Origin: the human T2T-CHM13v2.0 reference genome, Homo sapiens
Reading direction: 5' to 3' (one strand)
Assembly (NCBI RefSeq): GCF_009914755.1
Contig: NC_060941.1
DNA: 64,000 bases
Shown: positions 19,223 through 44,632 of the stretch, one piece after another
How the letters are laid out: each line of letters starts with the position of its first letter
Numbering within the stretch: the first letter of the stretch is position 1
Program-made: the position numbers and the translations under genes
The notes under the pieces: model-generated
Database searches by the model: none
What the model was told of the DNA's origin: nothing
What the model saw: the letters and a program-made list of their open reading frames with translations, nothing else

Positions 19223-21010
19223 CCTGGACTTATCTAAGCGCTGGCTGGCGCGCCAGGACGGTTCCCGGCCCTGCGCCATCCCACCTCCCAAAACGCAGGC
19301 GACCCTTTCTCGCCACAGCCACAGGAGGGCTCTAATCCGGCTAGAGTTCCCCCAGGCACTGGGGACAGTCCCGTGGCCTTGTGGGTGGGGGATTCCTGAC
19401 TGCGGTGCACAGCCCACTCCCAAACCCCATCCCAGCAGCGTCCTCTGGCCTTGGTTCTCCAGGCTGGTCTTGGCCGCTTGGCGCTGGGGCCTGTGCCAAA
19501 GGCCTTGTCGTCTGAGAGGGGGCAAGGTTTGGGCCAGGTGGTCAGACTGAGAGGTGGCGCCAGCTGGATTGGGGTACGGGTGGGCTGTCTGAGTGGCTTC
19601 ATTGTCGCCTGAGAGGTTAAACTGGAGGAGCCCAGGCCTACCTCAGATCCAAAAATGTTGGGCTGGGGACCCAAGCCCAGGCAGGGGTGGGGCTGCTGCC
19701 CAGAGCAGAGCTGCTCACTCAGCTGGTGTTTTACAGCCCAGAGGGGGTGTGACACTATCGCGGGTGAGTAAACCTTAAACCCCCTCCACCCTGCTGAGTG
19801 CTGCTGAAAGCTGCTCCCCCATCCCCAGCCATCACCAACCCACTCAGCTCCCAGAAGGTAGCACTGCTCACAGCAGAGGGGCTACGTCCATATCCAGGCC
19901 TCTGCCATCCGACCAGAGGCTGAATCCAGGCCGAGACCCTGCCAGGGGACCCTGGCCAGGCCATGACTGAGAACTCAGCTCCTCTGTCTGGGGAAGCGGA
20001 AGATTTGGGTGCACCATGGAGCCACCTCCACATTTCCAGCCTCAACCAGCCACTTGTTCCTGTGGCTTCTCAAGCAAGGGTTCTCAGCGAGGTTAATGAT
20101 TGGCTCTGAAGAGGAACTGATACAAATCACTGAAGAAAAAAATCCCAAGGGCAACGAATTCCAGAACCAGCCCACGCGGTGCCCCAGGGGTGTTCCTGAA
20201 TTCCGTCTCCACCTGGCCTGTTCCGGGAAAAATTAGTGACCCGGTTTTTCCTTCAAGGTGGTCATTTTGGAGCCAGGAGGGCACAGGGGGAGCAGAGTGT
20301 TCTCTGAAGGTTGGTGGGGGCGGGGGGGCTCCTCTGAGGAAGCCCTGGCTACAGCCTCGTGGTAGCCTTTCTCCCTGGAGCCTTCGCTCAGCTCTGAGCC
20401 CAGTGACTCATTCCCCACAGGCTGCTGCCCCTGTGAAGTAAGGAATGAGCTCGAATTCTTTGCCCCTTATTAAAAGACCTTTTGCCCAAAATCCACATCT
20501 TGCCTCCCCACCCCACAGTCTTCCTCCTGGCACCAGTGGCCACAGGCTTCTGCAGAGGAGCGCTCAGGTCAGGAAATGCTGAAAAGGTGAGTGCATGACC
20601 CAAGTGGGTAGCAGCAGCCGCATACATCTCAGAGTCTTCCCACATCACGGGGCTGGCAAGGACAGGGGCTTCCTCGCCAAGTCCTCCCAGCTCTGAAAGA
20701 CACTTGGTGGCAGGATGGTGCGTGACACCCTCAGGCACACATCCAAATGTCCCGGGGATGATACTTGCTCTCAAACAGCTGTTCCTTATTTGGGGGAGTC
20801 CTGGGCCCCCATAGGTCCGCAATGGTGGTCCTGAGGGTCCTGAAACTCTTTTCAGTATTTCCACGAGCCAGATGGCAAGCAGGCCTGTGCTTTCAAGGAG
20901 GCAGGTTAGCAAACCGAATGTCAGGGTGTCTGGTCTCTGCCTGGCCTGTTCCTGGAGAAATTAGTGACCCAGGTTTCAGCCTGTGCTTCATGGGGGAAAA
21001 CATCACAGGG

Positions 21011-28815
<7,805 letters not shown>

Positions 28816-29149
28816 GGCCAACTGAGTACATTTCAACTAATGCACATCAAGGACTACCCAGGTAGGGGAAGAGGGAAAAACCTGAAAAGGGCCTGTAGTT
28901 CTGAGGGCCACATGCAGAAGTGGTGGGTGTCCTCTCACCTGCTCCCAGGGCTGAGGGGTCTGCCTGCTCCCCTACAAGGGACTGCCTGGACTCCCACCGG
29001 CAGGCGCAGCCCTCAAAGCTCGAGGCTTTCATTGGAAGGGCTCCTGGGCAGGGAAAACGCAGAAAGAAGGGATCCTCAACCTCGGGCTCTGCGCCTTCCC
29101 CACCCCACTTCCTGGGAGGTGTGGTCTCTTTATGGCATGTTATCTCCGC

Positions 29150-29870
29150 CCCAAGCCCGGGGCCCTAGACCCTGAGCCGGGAAAACCAGAAGCTAGAAAG
29201 AGGGCATCCGGGTTGTGCAAATTTCAGACACACGGATATCCCGTGGCGCCTGCGTCCGGAGCCCGGCCCTGCTGCTGGACTGTCCCCGGCCACGCCCGCC
29301 GCCCCTCCCGCATCCTGGCCCCTTCCCCACCCGACGGAATCCCGGGGAGGCTGGAAGGTGGGTCCCCGCCCACGCCGCCCTGGGCCCGCCCTGCCTGGCC
29401 GCGGCGCTTGGCCCAGTCCCGCGGTCCTCGTCGCGACCGGCCCGGGCCGCAGGACGCCGCGCTCGGGGGAGCTGAGCCACCTCTCCGCCAGGCCCGTGCG
29501 AGCGGGTGAGCGGGCCCCCCGGGCCCCACTGCCTCGGACGCGTCCCCTCCTCGCCCAGTCCCCTCTAGCGCTGTCGCAGACCTCCTGCCAGGGCCCCAGG
29601 TCTCCTCCCGCCTGGGCGGGCTCAGTGGCGGTGAGGATCTAGAAAAGTCTTCCTGTCCTGGTTCTGGGCTGCCCCGGGGCCTGGGGTGATGACCCGCAAG
29701 CCCAAGGGCGCTCGGACTCCTGGCCCGAAATTCCAGGGCGGACACAGCCCGGGATCCCAGCAGCCCCAACTCGGAGGAGCTCTGCCCCGGGGAGGGAGGG
29801 ACAGCGGAGTGGAAACCAGATTCCGGGGCAGCACTGCGGGGATGGGCAGGGCGAGAGTACGGCATGAGGT
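29150..29870 (+). promoter_or_regulatory. SLC16A5: SLC16A5 CpG-island promoter with candidate non-coding first exons (donors GTGAGC at 29506, GTGAGG at 29631)
   Basis: High GC/CpG content, multiple GC boxes (CCCGCC), two consensus donors ~5.5 kb upstream of the first coding exon. Confidence 0.75.
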
Positions 29871-30584
29871 CCCAGTTGCCTGTCCCAAACCCTTGCTGGT
29901 TTTGCAGTGAATATGGGGGGATAAGGGGAAGGGAGAGAGTGATTTGCCCCAGCCACCCCACCTCTGGGGCTGCCTCCCTCCTCCCTAGGCCAACCACAGG
30001 GTTGAGGGTTCCTCAGCCCCAAGCTCAAGCCTGCCCTTGCTGCTCTCTGCTGGACGGGAGCCCTTCTGCTGCCTGCCTGGGTCCAGGGCTCCAGCCCAGG
30101 AGCCTACTTGATATGGGAAGGAGGGAGGGGTCCCCAGGGCCTGCCTCATTTCCAGCCCGGGGCTCTCCCACCATGGGAGAAGAGCTGGGAAGAAGAAGAG
30201 GAGGCCCCCTCGACTCTGGACACCAGGCCCCTAACACGAGACCTCTGGATGAGAGCATCCGCTCTCCCGTGACCAGGCGTTCGAGCTCCAGGGGCAGGGA
30301 AAGGATTCCCAGGGCCTAGTGAGGCCCCTGTTATCAGATGAGGCGCCCTGAAAACATAGGCTGGGCTTGTGTGAGATGGGAGAAAGACCAGAAGTATCGT
30401 CTAAACTTCTCCCTGCCCACACATCCAGCTTCATGGCACTGTGCTACAAAGCTGGTCTCATTGGGCCTAGGGGTCTTTGAGAGCTGAGCTTGGCAGCCCC
30501 TGGGGCCCAACCTCACCCCTAGTCCCAGCAAGTGAGAGCGAAGCATCTTGCCCTGTCTACCTCCTTGCCCAAAGCACACACCAG

Positions 30585-30765
30585 GCAGTGACCATGACTC
30601 ATGGTTCCCAGTACAAAGAAAAGAGCACTTCCCTGCTGGGGCAGAGGCCAAGCCAGAGCCCTGGCCCCATCACCTCTCTGCCCTGCTTGAGTCTGGAATG
30701 GACCTCCCTGCCTGGAAGCTGCATTGCCCTTGGTCCTGGGCCTGCCTGCCCCCTGGGGAACACAG
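30585..30765 (+). other. SLC16A5: Candidate SLC16A5 5' UTR exon
   Basis: Pyrimidine tract + caccag| acceptor (start uncertain); CAG|GTGGGT donor. Confidence 0.45.
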
Positions 30766-30920
30766 GTGGGTCACATTCATCTCCTCTTTTGTGCTCAGCC
30801 AGAGGCTGGGTGAGGGTTCATGAACAGGTTCTTGCTTATAGTGTGGAAGGGGTAGCAGGGTGGGGGGTGACAATAAAGAAGGGGGTGATCCACTCCAGTG
30901 TGGTGTGAGGACCACTATTA

Positions 30921-31283
<363 letters not shown>

Positions 31284-31321
31284 TTAGCTCCCAGGATGCT
31301 GCTAGGGCTGAATCTTCTTTT

Positions 31322-31432
31322 AAGACTACTCAGGAGCGGTAGTAAGAAGGAGGGAAAGAGTAGAACAAGGAGATCGATCTGTACCTGCCTGTGAACAATT
31401 AACTGAAATTACTCACTACCTTTGCACCCGCC
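31322..31432 (-). pseudogene. Y1 RNA (RNY1) retropseudogene, near full length
   Basis: Minus strand GGCGGGTGCAAAGGTAGTGAGTAATTTCAGTTAATTGTTCACAGGCAGGTACAGATCGATCTCCTTGTTCTACTCTTTCCCTCCTTCTTACTACCGCTCCTGAGTAGTCTT is colinear with hY1; imperfect flanking repeats AGGG(C/G)TGAAT(C/T)TT at 31304 and 31435. Confidence 0.88.
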
Positions 31433-31902
31433 TAAGGGGTGAATTTTTTCTTTTTTTTCTTTTTCTTTTTTGAGACAGAGTCTCACCGTCACCCAGGCTG
31501 GAGTGCAGTGACGTGATCTCGGCTCAGTGCAAACTCCGCCTCCTGGGTTCAAGGGATTCTCCTGCCTCAGCCTAGTTTTTTATTTGTAGTAGAGACAGGG
31601 TGTCACCATGTTGGCCAGGCTAGTCTTGAACTCCTGACCCCAGGTGAGCCGCCTGCCTCGGCCTCCCAAAATGCTGGGATTACAGGTGTGAGCCACCGTG
31701 TCTGGCAGGGCTGAATTTTGAAAGACCAGTTGACTGGAGAAACCGCTCGATGGGAGGGGAGGCTGGAGAGCCGACTGGGCATCCATACCGTGTATGTGAC
31801 CTGGGACTTACTGGGAGTGGGAGAGGAGACAGGGAAGGCCATGTCTGCAGTGGGGGTCCCAGAGAGGCGGGGGAAGGGGGTCCTCAGACCTTGGTGGCAG
31901 AG

Positions 31903-31935
<33 letters not shown>

Positions 31936-31937
31936 GA

Positions 31938-32153
<216 letters not shown>

Positions 32154-33486
32154 TGATCCGCCTGCCTCAGTCTCCCAAAGTGCTGGGATTACAGGTGTGA
32201 GCCACCGCACCCGGCCTGGCAGCAGAGCTTCTAGTGTGCAAAGGTGCATAAGGGTTCCTGGGCTCGGATTGGCCTGGGGCCTGGAGAGAGGAGATGGTCA
32301 GGAACAGCCAGCTCCACTGAAAGGTTCCGGAGGGAAGGTGGGATTCAGAGTGAAGGTCACAGGAGCCTGGGCAAAGTCCCCAAAAACACTGCCCCAAAAA
32401 GTGGATGCTGAGAAGAGCTCTTCTCATAGAAAGAGACTTCTCCATAGACTTCTTCCTGGCAGAGCAAGAAGGGACCAGAGCCAGGCAGTGGGGAGAGGGA
32501 GCAGGGCTGGGGTCCAGCCTCCAGGCCTCCCAAATGCTACCAGGGCCTCGGGGCCTGGGAGTGCCAGGGCTAGGTGGCAGGGAACAGGGAAAGGCAGGAG
32601 GAAGCCAGGAAGGCTGTGGCCTTTCCGGGAGGAAGAGGTGAGAGTATCAAGTGGGAGAGCGGAAGAGCTGGGGAGGAGAGGCGAGCTATGGAGCAGGGCT
32701 GGAACCTTGACATCGGGGCAACACAGAGGATCAGGTGGCGCCTGTGGCCTTTCCGTTTGCTGAGGGAACAGAAATCTTGGGAGAGGCCAGGGCTAGTTTG
32801 CTGGAGAAGCCCCATCTGCGATATTGCCTGGCCTGGAGCTGGGCCAGGAGGAGGGCCAGGCTGGGAGGATCTCTAGCCAGAGGTCGCATGCAGAGGGCAG
32901 GAGGGCAAGCAGTGCTCCGCCTTGCACATGGGTCACACACCCTCACACCCTGAGGCTGCGATGAATGGGACGGTCACCTTGGTGGGGCTCCCAGGGTCCT
33001 CTGGGAGGGCGGAGGATTGGAGACAGCAAAGGAGGCAGTTCAGAGTGGAGCCGGCTTAGGTGCTGCTTTAAAACTCCTAGGCCTGGAGGGAAGCAGTGGG
33101 GTGCTGGGCTTGGCAGGAAGAGGGGGTTTCATATTTCTGGTAGATGTCCGAGTTTCCCCAGAGCTTCCCAGGACCTGGGGTGAAAGGGAGGGAGGCTGTG
33201 GGAACAGCAGCTCCGGGATGCGTGGGCTTCACTGAGGTGGAGGCTGCTCCCTCGCAGTGCCTGCTGCAGCCTAGAGCCCCCAGGCGGTGAGGTCTGAGGG
33301 GGTTGGGGGGCCAGGGCGCAGGAGGCAGGATAGGAGGGGGTTGAAAAAGGGGTCCAAACTTGGTGAGGGGACCTTGGGACTTTGGAGGCCTGGTTATGGC
33401 AGCTTCTGTGATGAGGGGAGTGGCCTGGGTGGTGTTGAACTAAGATAGGACTGGCTGCACCTTGCTAAGCCAAAGATGTGAGGGGG

Positions 33487-34323
<837 letters not shown>

Positions 34324-35098
34324 TATTATTCAGTGTGATTGCGGAACTTGAGTCTTGGCCTTGAGCTCTGTTTGAAAGGAGTGTTGCAGGGTAACTGCAA
34401 AGGGGCCGATGGGAAAGGCCTGGGGGTGTGGGGGTGGATGAGGCCCATGCTTTCTCCAAAGCTGCTGGTTGGGTGCTTGTTAAACTCCTTTGTGTATGCT
34501 CTGTGGCTGCTCCTAGCACCGGCCTGCTCACTCAGGCCTTCACAACAGCACCAATAGTAACTTTGCTGCTTCTGAGGCATTGCGAAAGTCTGTGTTTGTA
34601 TGCAGGAACCCTGGGCAGGAGGGTGTATCCTTGGGTGCATTTGGGGGGCGTTGGGACTACACTGACCCCAGAGGTCTGCTGCATTCTACAAGTAGTGACT
34701 GAGTGGGCTAGGAGGTCCCCCTGTTGACTTCTAAGTGATGTAACAATTAGAGACAATTGTACCCCATTGCCTGGTGCCACCTGCCCTGCCCCGTCCTGTC
34801 CCTCCTATCCCTCCTGTCCCTCCTGTCCTTCCTGCCACCTCCTGCCAGGCTGGCTCTGGGAAGTGGGTGAAAGGAGATGCCAAGGCCAACGCGTGGGCCT
34901 CTGGCCACCTCCCAGGGGTGGTGCCCCTCTGTGACACCTGGTACTTGGGTATGAGGAAGGGATGGCTTAGCTGCCCAGAGAAGGTGGCAGGTGGGCCAGG
35001 AGAGACGGACAGCCTGCTGACCACCAGGCTCCATTCTGTCCCCTCCCCAGGCAGCAGCCACATTGGCAGTGAGGCCGTGGCAGCGTCGGCAGCAGAGG

Positions 35099-35297
35099 AT
35101 GCCCCAGGCCCTGGAGCGTGCAGATGGCAGCTGGGCCTGGGTGGTGCTGCTGGCCACCATGGTGACCCAGGGCCTCACCCTGGGCTTCCCCACGTGTATC
35201 GGCATCTTCTTCACTGAACTGCAATGGGAGTTCCAGGCCAGCAACAGCGAGACCTCTTGGTTCCCCTCCATCCTCACGGCTGTGCTCCACATGGCAG
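35099..35297 (+). CDS. SLC16A5: SLC16A5 (MCT6) first coding exon; the exon itself begins at 35051
   Basis: MPQALERADGSWAWVVLLATMVTQGLTLGF contains the MCT signature [D/E]G[G/S][W/F][G/A]W; donor G|gtgag. Confidence 0.96.
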
Positions 35298-35583
35298 GTG
35301 AGCGGCCTAGGGAGGGGCCGATGAGAAAGTCCTAGGGGTTGCGGGGAAGCCACAACCTCCCTGGCCTTCTGATTCCCTCTCTCTGAGGCCACAGGCTTTG
35401 CCTCCTGGGTGAATTCCTAAGGTTTCACCAGATTTCACCAGGGGCCCCTGGCTGGAATCCAGCTGGACTGGGCTGGAGCCGGGGAGAGAGTGGGGAGGTG
35501 CCTGGGTTGCAAAGCCAGGCGGAGCCTTGCGTCCTTTCTGTGGGATCCATTCCGACACAGGCGTAGGTGTGCTGGGGCGCTCA

Positions 35584-36144
<561 letters not shown>

Positions 36145-37363
36145 TCAAAAAAAAAAAAAAAAGACACCAGGAACAAGAGGGGGACAAGGCAGGAGCCCCA
36201 GCTCTCCCGGGACTCCCTGCAGAGAGGAGGTTGCTAAGTGGGGGTGAGGGAGGAAGGCAGCCCCTGTCTGCCCCTTCTCCTGGCTCTGTCACCATAGGCC
36301 TCAGAGGCCCATGTTCCTGGCTGGCTTTTCCAGGAGTGTGACTGCCTCACCCTGACCCCAGCGTTGGGAGCAGGGCAGAGGGAGGGTTCTCTGCAGTCGC
36401 CGTGGACACAGGGACCTGCCCTCAGCTCCTGGGAGCTCTCCAGGGAGACTGCAGAGACCCTGGCCTCGGAGGGGCCCGGTGGACAGCAGCCCGAGCTGAT
36501 GGCCCACAGGCCTCTGCAGGCATGTGTCTGCTGGCCGCAGCTGCCCATCTCCCCGGCTACCTCCTGGCTACTCCCTCCACTTGCCACCAGCAGCCTGCCT
36601 ATTATTCCAGGTCCTGCCCTCAAACTGGGAGGGAGGTGAGGCTCGGAGAAAGCGCCACCCTCCTGGGTGAGCTCTGAATCTGCCACATGGCCTCTGGCCT
36701 GCAGGGTTGGGGCAGGGAGTGGGAATCCCAGAGGGCTGCTTCTCACACAGGCAGAGCAGGGTTCCTGGGCCAGGGGCTAGGAACCGGGCACCCGGCGGGG
36801 AACCTACTCCCCAGCTGACTTGCGGCTCACCACCCCCAGCAGGCATCTCAGCATCTCCATCAGCATGAGATTCCTGGCTGGCCATCTCTCTCATGTACAC
36901 ATACACGTGTATGAGCCCGTGCTCATTCAGAGTACTGTAGACATTTTATTTTATGTTTATTTATTTATTTGCTTATTTTTGAGACAGAGTCTCACTCTGT
37001 CACCTGGGCTGGAGTGCAGTGGCATGATCACAGCCTATTGCAGCCTTAACCTCTCAAGCTCAAGCGATCCTGCCACCTCAGCCTCCCGAGTAGCTGGGAC
37101 CACAGGTGTGCACCACCACACCCAGCTAATTTTTTTTTTTTTTAGATGGAGTCTCGCTCTGTTGCCCAGGCTGGAGTGCAGTGGTGCAATCTCAGCTCGC
37201 TGTAACCTCCGCCTCCCAGGTTCAAGCGATTCTCCTGCCTCAGCCTCCTGAGTAGCTGGGACTACAGGTGCGCACCACCATGCCTGGCTAATTTTTTGTA
37301 TTTTTAGTAGAGACGGGGTTTCACCGTGTTAGCCAGGATGGTCTCGATCTCCTGACCTCATGA

Positions 37364-37564
<201 letters not shown>

Positions 37565-37978
37565 TGACCACAGTATTGTAGAAATTTTTAAACACGATGA
37601 ATCATGGATACTTTCACTGATCCTTTCAAGTGCCCCTGCCCCTACCTACGCCTTTTAGAGGTAAGGAAAGCAAGCAGGCACAGAACACAAGACCTGCCCA
37701 AGGCTGAAGAGTGAGTTCACGGCAGAGGAAACACCCTGTGTCCCGCCCGGCCACACCACCCTCAGCTATGCAGCTCTGGCCTGCAGCCCAGTCCCCACCC
37801 CCACCCCTGTGACTAAGGGCTTTCCCCAATGTCAACTTCCCTAAGTCAGGCCAGAGTCTCTGGCGTGAGGAAGCTCTGTGGGTCAGTCCTCTCCAGAGCC
37901 ACCTCCCCCTCTACAGGGGCAGAGACGCCGGGCCACCAGCCTCTGCTTGATTATGTCTGCGACGGGCTGCTCACTTAG

Positions 37979-38691
<713 letters not shown>

Positions 38692-39500
38692 TAGTTGCAC
38701 TCTCGGAGAGTAAGTTAGAGAAGCTCCACATGTGCTTGGGTGAATGGGGCCCCTGTGAGGTGCCAAGGAGCAGTCTGCAGCTCTTTTCTATTTTTTTGGG
38801 GTGTGGATTGGTGAGAAAGCAGCTGGGAGCCAGGCAAGGAACAGGCCCCCCTCCACATTGAGCCAAACCTCTAGGTGCAGACTTTGGTGGTGCTGGAGGT
38901 GGTGTGGGAGGGGAGAACCTACCCTGCCTGATTGTCTGCAGAGGCCAGTGCAAGGAGGCGCAGAGGGGCCCAGGGTTCCCCTCAGCTGTAGGGCTGGGAA
39001 GGTGGTGGGAGGGTGGGAGGGATCTAGCCAGTCTTCCTGAGGATGTTGGGTGTGGGGATGGGGCAGGTAAAACAGGATCTGAAGGTGCACACTGTAATCT
39101 AGATGTCCTGGAACACTGCCCCAACTCCTCCCACCAACAGACCCCCAGCGAAGTGGGGGAGGTAAACTCATGAACCAATCCTGTTTCACCCGGATAGAAT
39201 GAGCAGCCTCAGGTCTGTGTAGTTCAGGGTCTTGCTCCACCTTTCAGGGAATCCTCATCAGGGTCAAACATCGCCCATTCTGAATCCTTACTTTGTAGGG
39301 GAAAAAATTGAGGCACGGAGAGGGATCAGGCTTTGCTCAGGCCACATGGCCAGTCCATGGCAGGTGGGTATCAGAATCCAGGCCTGCTCGTGCCCTTGAA
39401 ACCACCTGGCTAGTTCCAGCTGGAACTGCCCTCTCCAGCCACTCTCCTCTCCCGCCACCTCCTCATTCAGCTGCTACCTGCTGGCTGTCTTCTCCCACAG

Positions 39501-39644
39501 GGCCCCTGTGCAGCATCCTGGTGGGACGCTTCGGCTGCCGAGTGACCGTGATGCTGGGGGGCGTGCTGGCCAGCCTGGGCATGGTGGCCAGCTCCTTCTC
39601 TCACAACCTCAGCCAGCTCTACTTCACAGCAGGATTCATCACAG
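39501..39644 (+). CDS. SLC16A5: SLC16A5 coding exon 2 (GPLCSILVGRFGCRVTVMLGG...FTAGFIT)
   Basis: 144 nt, phase 1-1, cccacag| ... |gtgact; MFS loop motif. Confidence 0.96.
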
Positions 39645-41031
39645 GTGACTATCACTTCATCTCCAGAATTTATAGGCACCTGCTAGAAAGTGCCAGGCAC
39701 AAGTGGACAGGGCAGGCAGGCCTCTTAATCTTCTGGAACTGCTGGCTGGGTGCGGTGGCTCACACCTGTTATCCCAGCACTTTGGGAGGCTGAGGCGGGC
39801 AGATCACCTGAGGTCAGGGGTTCGAGACTAGCCCGGCCAACATGGTGAAACCCTGTCTATACTAAAAAAAATACAAAAATTAGCCAGGCTTGGTGGCGGG
39901 CCCCTGTAGTCCCAGCTACTCGAGGCTGAGGCAGGAGAATCGCCCGGGAAGTGGAGGTTGCAGTGAGCCAAGATCGCACCACTGTACTCCAGCCTGGGCA
40001 ACAGAGCAAGACCCCATCTCAAAAACACAAAAAACAAAGTGCTGGGATTACAGGTGTGAGCCCATCATGCCCAGCCCTTTCACGGCATTTTGTTTTAAGG
40101 GGACTGGAGGAACAGACTATACCCAGAAGTGGTTATGAGGTCAAGACAGGCTTTTTTTGTTTGTTTGTTTGTTTGTTTTTAATGGGAGAAATAACGAAGG
40201 AGAAGGATCTAGGAAAGAAGAGAAAAAGGATGATGCAGGAGAGAGGGGACTTGCTAGAGGGGTGCCTCTGAGTGGAGAGGATGCAGGGCAGAAGGGAGGG
40301 ACAGCCACTGGGGGAATGGGCAAGCCATTGTCACTGGCTAGCAGGCATGTGGGCAGCTGAGCATAAGGATGGGGAGGAGGTGTTGGGGGGCACAGAGGAA
40401 GACACCGGTAGTCACCTAGCAGGGCAGGCAAGGCATGATTGAGGGAGCTGTAGTGGCGTCACAGGCAGCCTGAGGGCCCGCCTGAGGCCACGGTCACACA
40501 TGATTGAGAACTTTTTCTCCAGCATGCTCAGGTGTGCAGGTGCAGACACTGAGTGGGTGGGGAGCGGGGAAGGCCCCTCTGGAGAGGTGGCGTCTGAACT
40601 GAGAGGAGAGTGGAAAGTCTGGAGGAAGCAGATTCCAAGAAGGAACAGCAGCTACAAATAACCCGAGGTAGGGGCAGCTTCATGTCCAGAGGCAGAGAAA
40701 GAAGTTCCTGTGTCTTGATCCTAATGAGTGACAGGGAGCAGCCTGAGATGGCATCTGAGAGGCGGGCTGGAGCCGGACCACAGAGAGCCTTCCAGGGCAT
40801 TGTGGAGACTGTGGATTTTTTGTCAAGTGTGATGGGAAGTCTTTGGAAGGTGTTAAGCCAAGAGAGACTTAATCCAATTTGGGGTTTGTTTGTTTTTGAG
40901 ACAGAGTCTCACTCTGTTGCCCAGGCTGGAGTGCAGTGGCACAATCTCAGCTCACTGCAACCTCCACAACCTCAGCTCACTGCAACCTCCACTTCCCGGG
41001 TTCAAGTGATTCTCCTGACTCAGCCTCCTAG

Positions 41032-41232
<201 letters not shown>

Positions 41233-41469
41233 CTACACCTAGGGGAACAGGGATGCCCTGGCAGCCTTGGGAGGGCAGATCTGGGGTGGGGTGCCTACAG
41301 GGAGGTGGCGAGGCCAGCTGATTCCATGGTCAGTCCCCAGGGACTTGGAGCTGGGTATGGACTAGAACCAGAGGAGGGCAGGTGTGTGAAATGACCACTG
41401 ACCCCACCCCTGGGTGCAGGTGGAAGGCCCCAGTGCGCCTCCAGGCTGGTTTCCCCTCTTGCCCCGCAG

Positions 41470-42279
41470 GCCTGGGCATGTGCTTCAGCTTCCAGTCAAG
41501 CATCACGGTGCTGGGCTTCTACTTTGTCCGCCGGCGGGTGCTGGCCAACGCGCTGGCCTCGATGGGCGTCTCCCTGGGCATCACCCTCTGGCCGCTGCTC
41601 TCCCGCTACCTTCTGGAGAACCTGGGCTGGAGGGGTACCTTCCTTGTCTTCGGCGGGATCTTTCTCCACTGCTGCATCTGCGGGGCCATCATAAGGCCTG
41701 TGGCCACCAGTGTGGCCCCTGAGACCAAAGAATGTCCCCCGCCACCTCCCGAGACACCTGCACTTGGCTGCCTGGCTGCATGCGGCCGGACCATCCAGCG
41801 CCACCTGGCCTTCGACATCCTGCGGCACAACACAGGCTACTGCGTGTACATACTGGGTGTGATGTGGTCCGTCCTGGGCTTCCCACTGCCACAAGTCTTC
41901 CTGGTGCCATATGCCATGTGGCACAGCGTGGACGAGCAGCAGGCAGCCCTCCTCATCTCCATCATCGGCTTCAGCAACATCTTCCTGAGGCCCCTAGCCG
42001 GGCTGATGGCAGGACGGCCGGCCTTTGCTAGCCACCGCAAGTACCTGTTCAGCCTGGCACTCCTGCTCAATGGGCTCACTAACCTGGTGTGTGCGGCATC
42101 AGGTGACTTCTGGGTGCTCGTGGGCTACTGCCTGGCGTACAGCGTGTCCATGAGTGGCATCGGCGCCCTCATCTTCCAGGTTCTCATGGACATCGTCCCC
42201 ATGGATCAGTTCCCCAGAGCCCTGGGACTCTTCACTGTCCTGGACGGCCTTGCTTTCCTCATCTCCCCACCACTGGCCG
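41470..42279 (+). CDS. SLC16A5: SLC16A5 coding exon 3 (GLGMCFSFQ...YFVRRRVLANALAS...LISPPLA)
   Basis: 810 nt, phase 1-1, ccgcag| ... |gtgagg; MCT motif YFxRRRxLAxxxAxxG. Confidence 0.97.
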
Positions 42280-42548
42280 GTGAGGAGCTGGGAGGGAGGG
42301 CAGCCAGATAGTGTGGTAGAAGGGGAACAGTTTAGACAGATCTGGGCCCAGTCCAGCATCTCCAGAGGTTGTGCTACAGCTGGTTTCCAACCTGGCACTC
42401 AGAGTATGAACAGTTAAAAACATGGGTTTGGCCCGGCGCGGTGGCTCATGCCTGTAATCCCAGCACTTTGGGAGGCCGGGGCGGGCAGATCATGAGGTCA
42501 GGAGATCGAGACCATCCTGGCCAACATGGTGAAACCCCGTCTCTACTA

Positions 42549-43416
<868 letters not shown>

Positions 43417-43620
43417 TAAAGTGGGGATAAATAGAATCTACCTCCAAGGAAAGAGCTTAGGAGAGAGTCTGGTGTGCAGTCAGCATCCTGCAGAGTTTCC
43501 TGTAATGATCATCCCAGTTCTCCTGCTTCCTGCCTGTGGGACCCAGGCAAGTCTTTTTCCCTTTTTGAGCCACAGTGCCATCTGCAAAATGCAGACGAGA
43601 GCACCTGCCCTAATCATTTA

Positions 43621-43947
<327 letters not shown>

Positions 43948-44111
43948 TCAGCAACCATCCTGGTGATTTATGATGCGAGGGAAACCAAATAGGGAAGTAG
44001 AGGTGCACGTGAGAGGCAGCTGAGAGTGTGAGATTCTGAGCAAATGAGGGCAGGTTTGTAAAGCCCTCGGTACCGGGGAGCAGTCAGACAACACAAGGCG
44101 GCGGTTATTAG

Positions 44112-44632
<521 letters not shown>

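Noticed and set aside
29193-30028. Several long overlapping ORFs (up to 257 aa) on both strands
   Set aside because: Pro/Arg/Gly-rich by-products of the SLC16A5 CpG island
41382-42311. 309-aa ORF as a stand-alone gene
   Set aside because: It is SLC16A5 exon 41470-42279 plus intronic flanks
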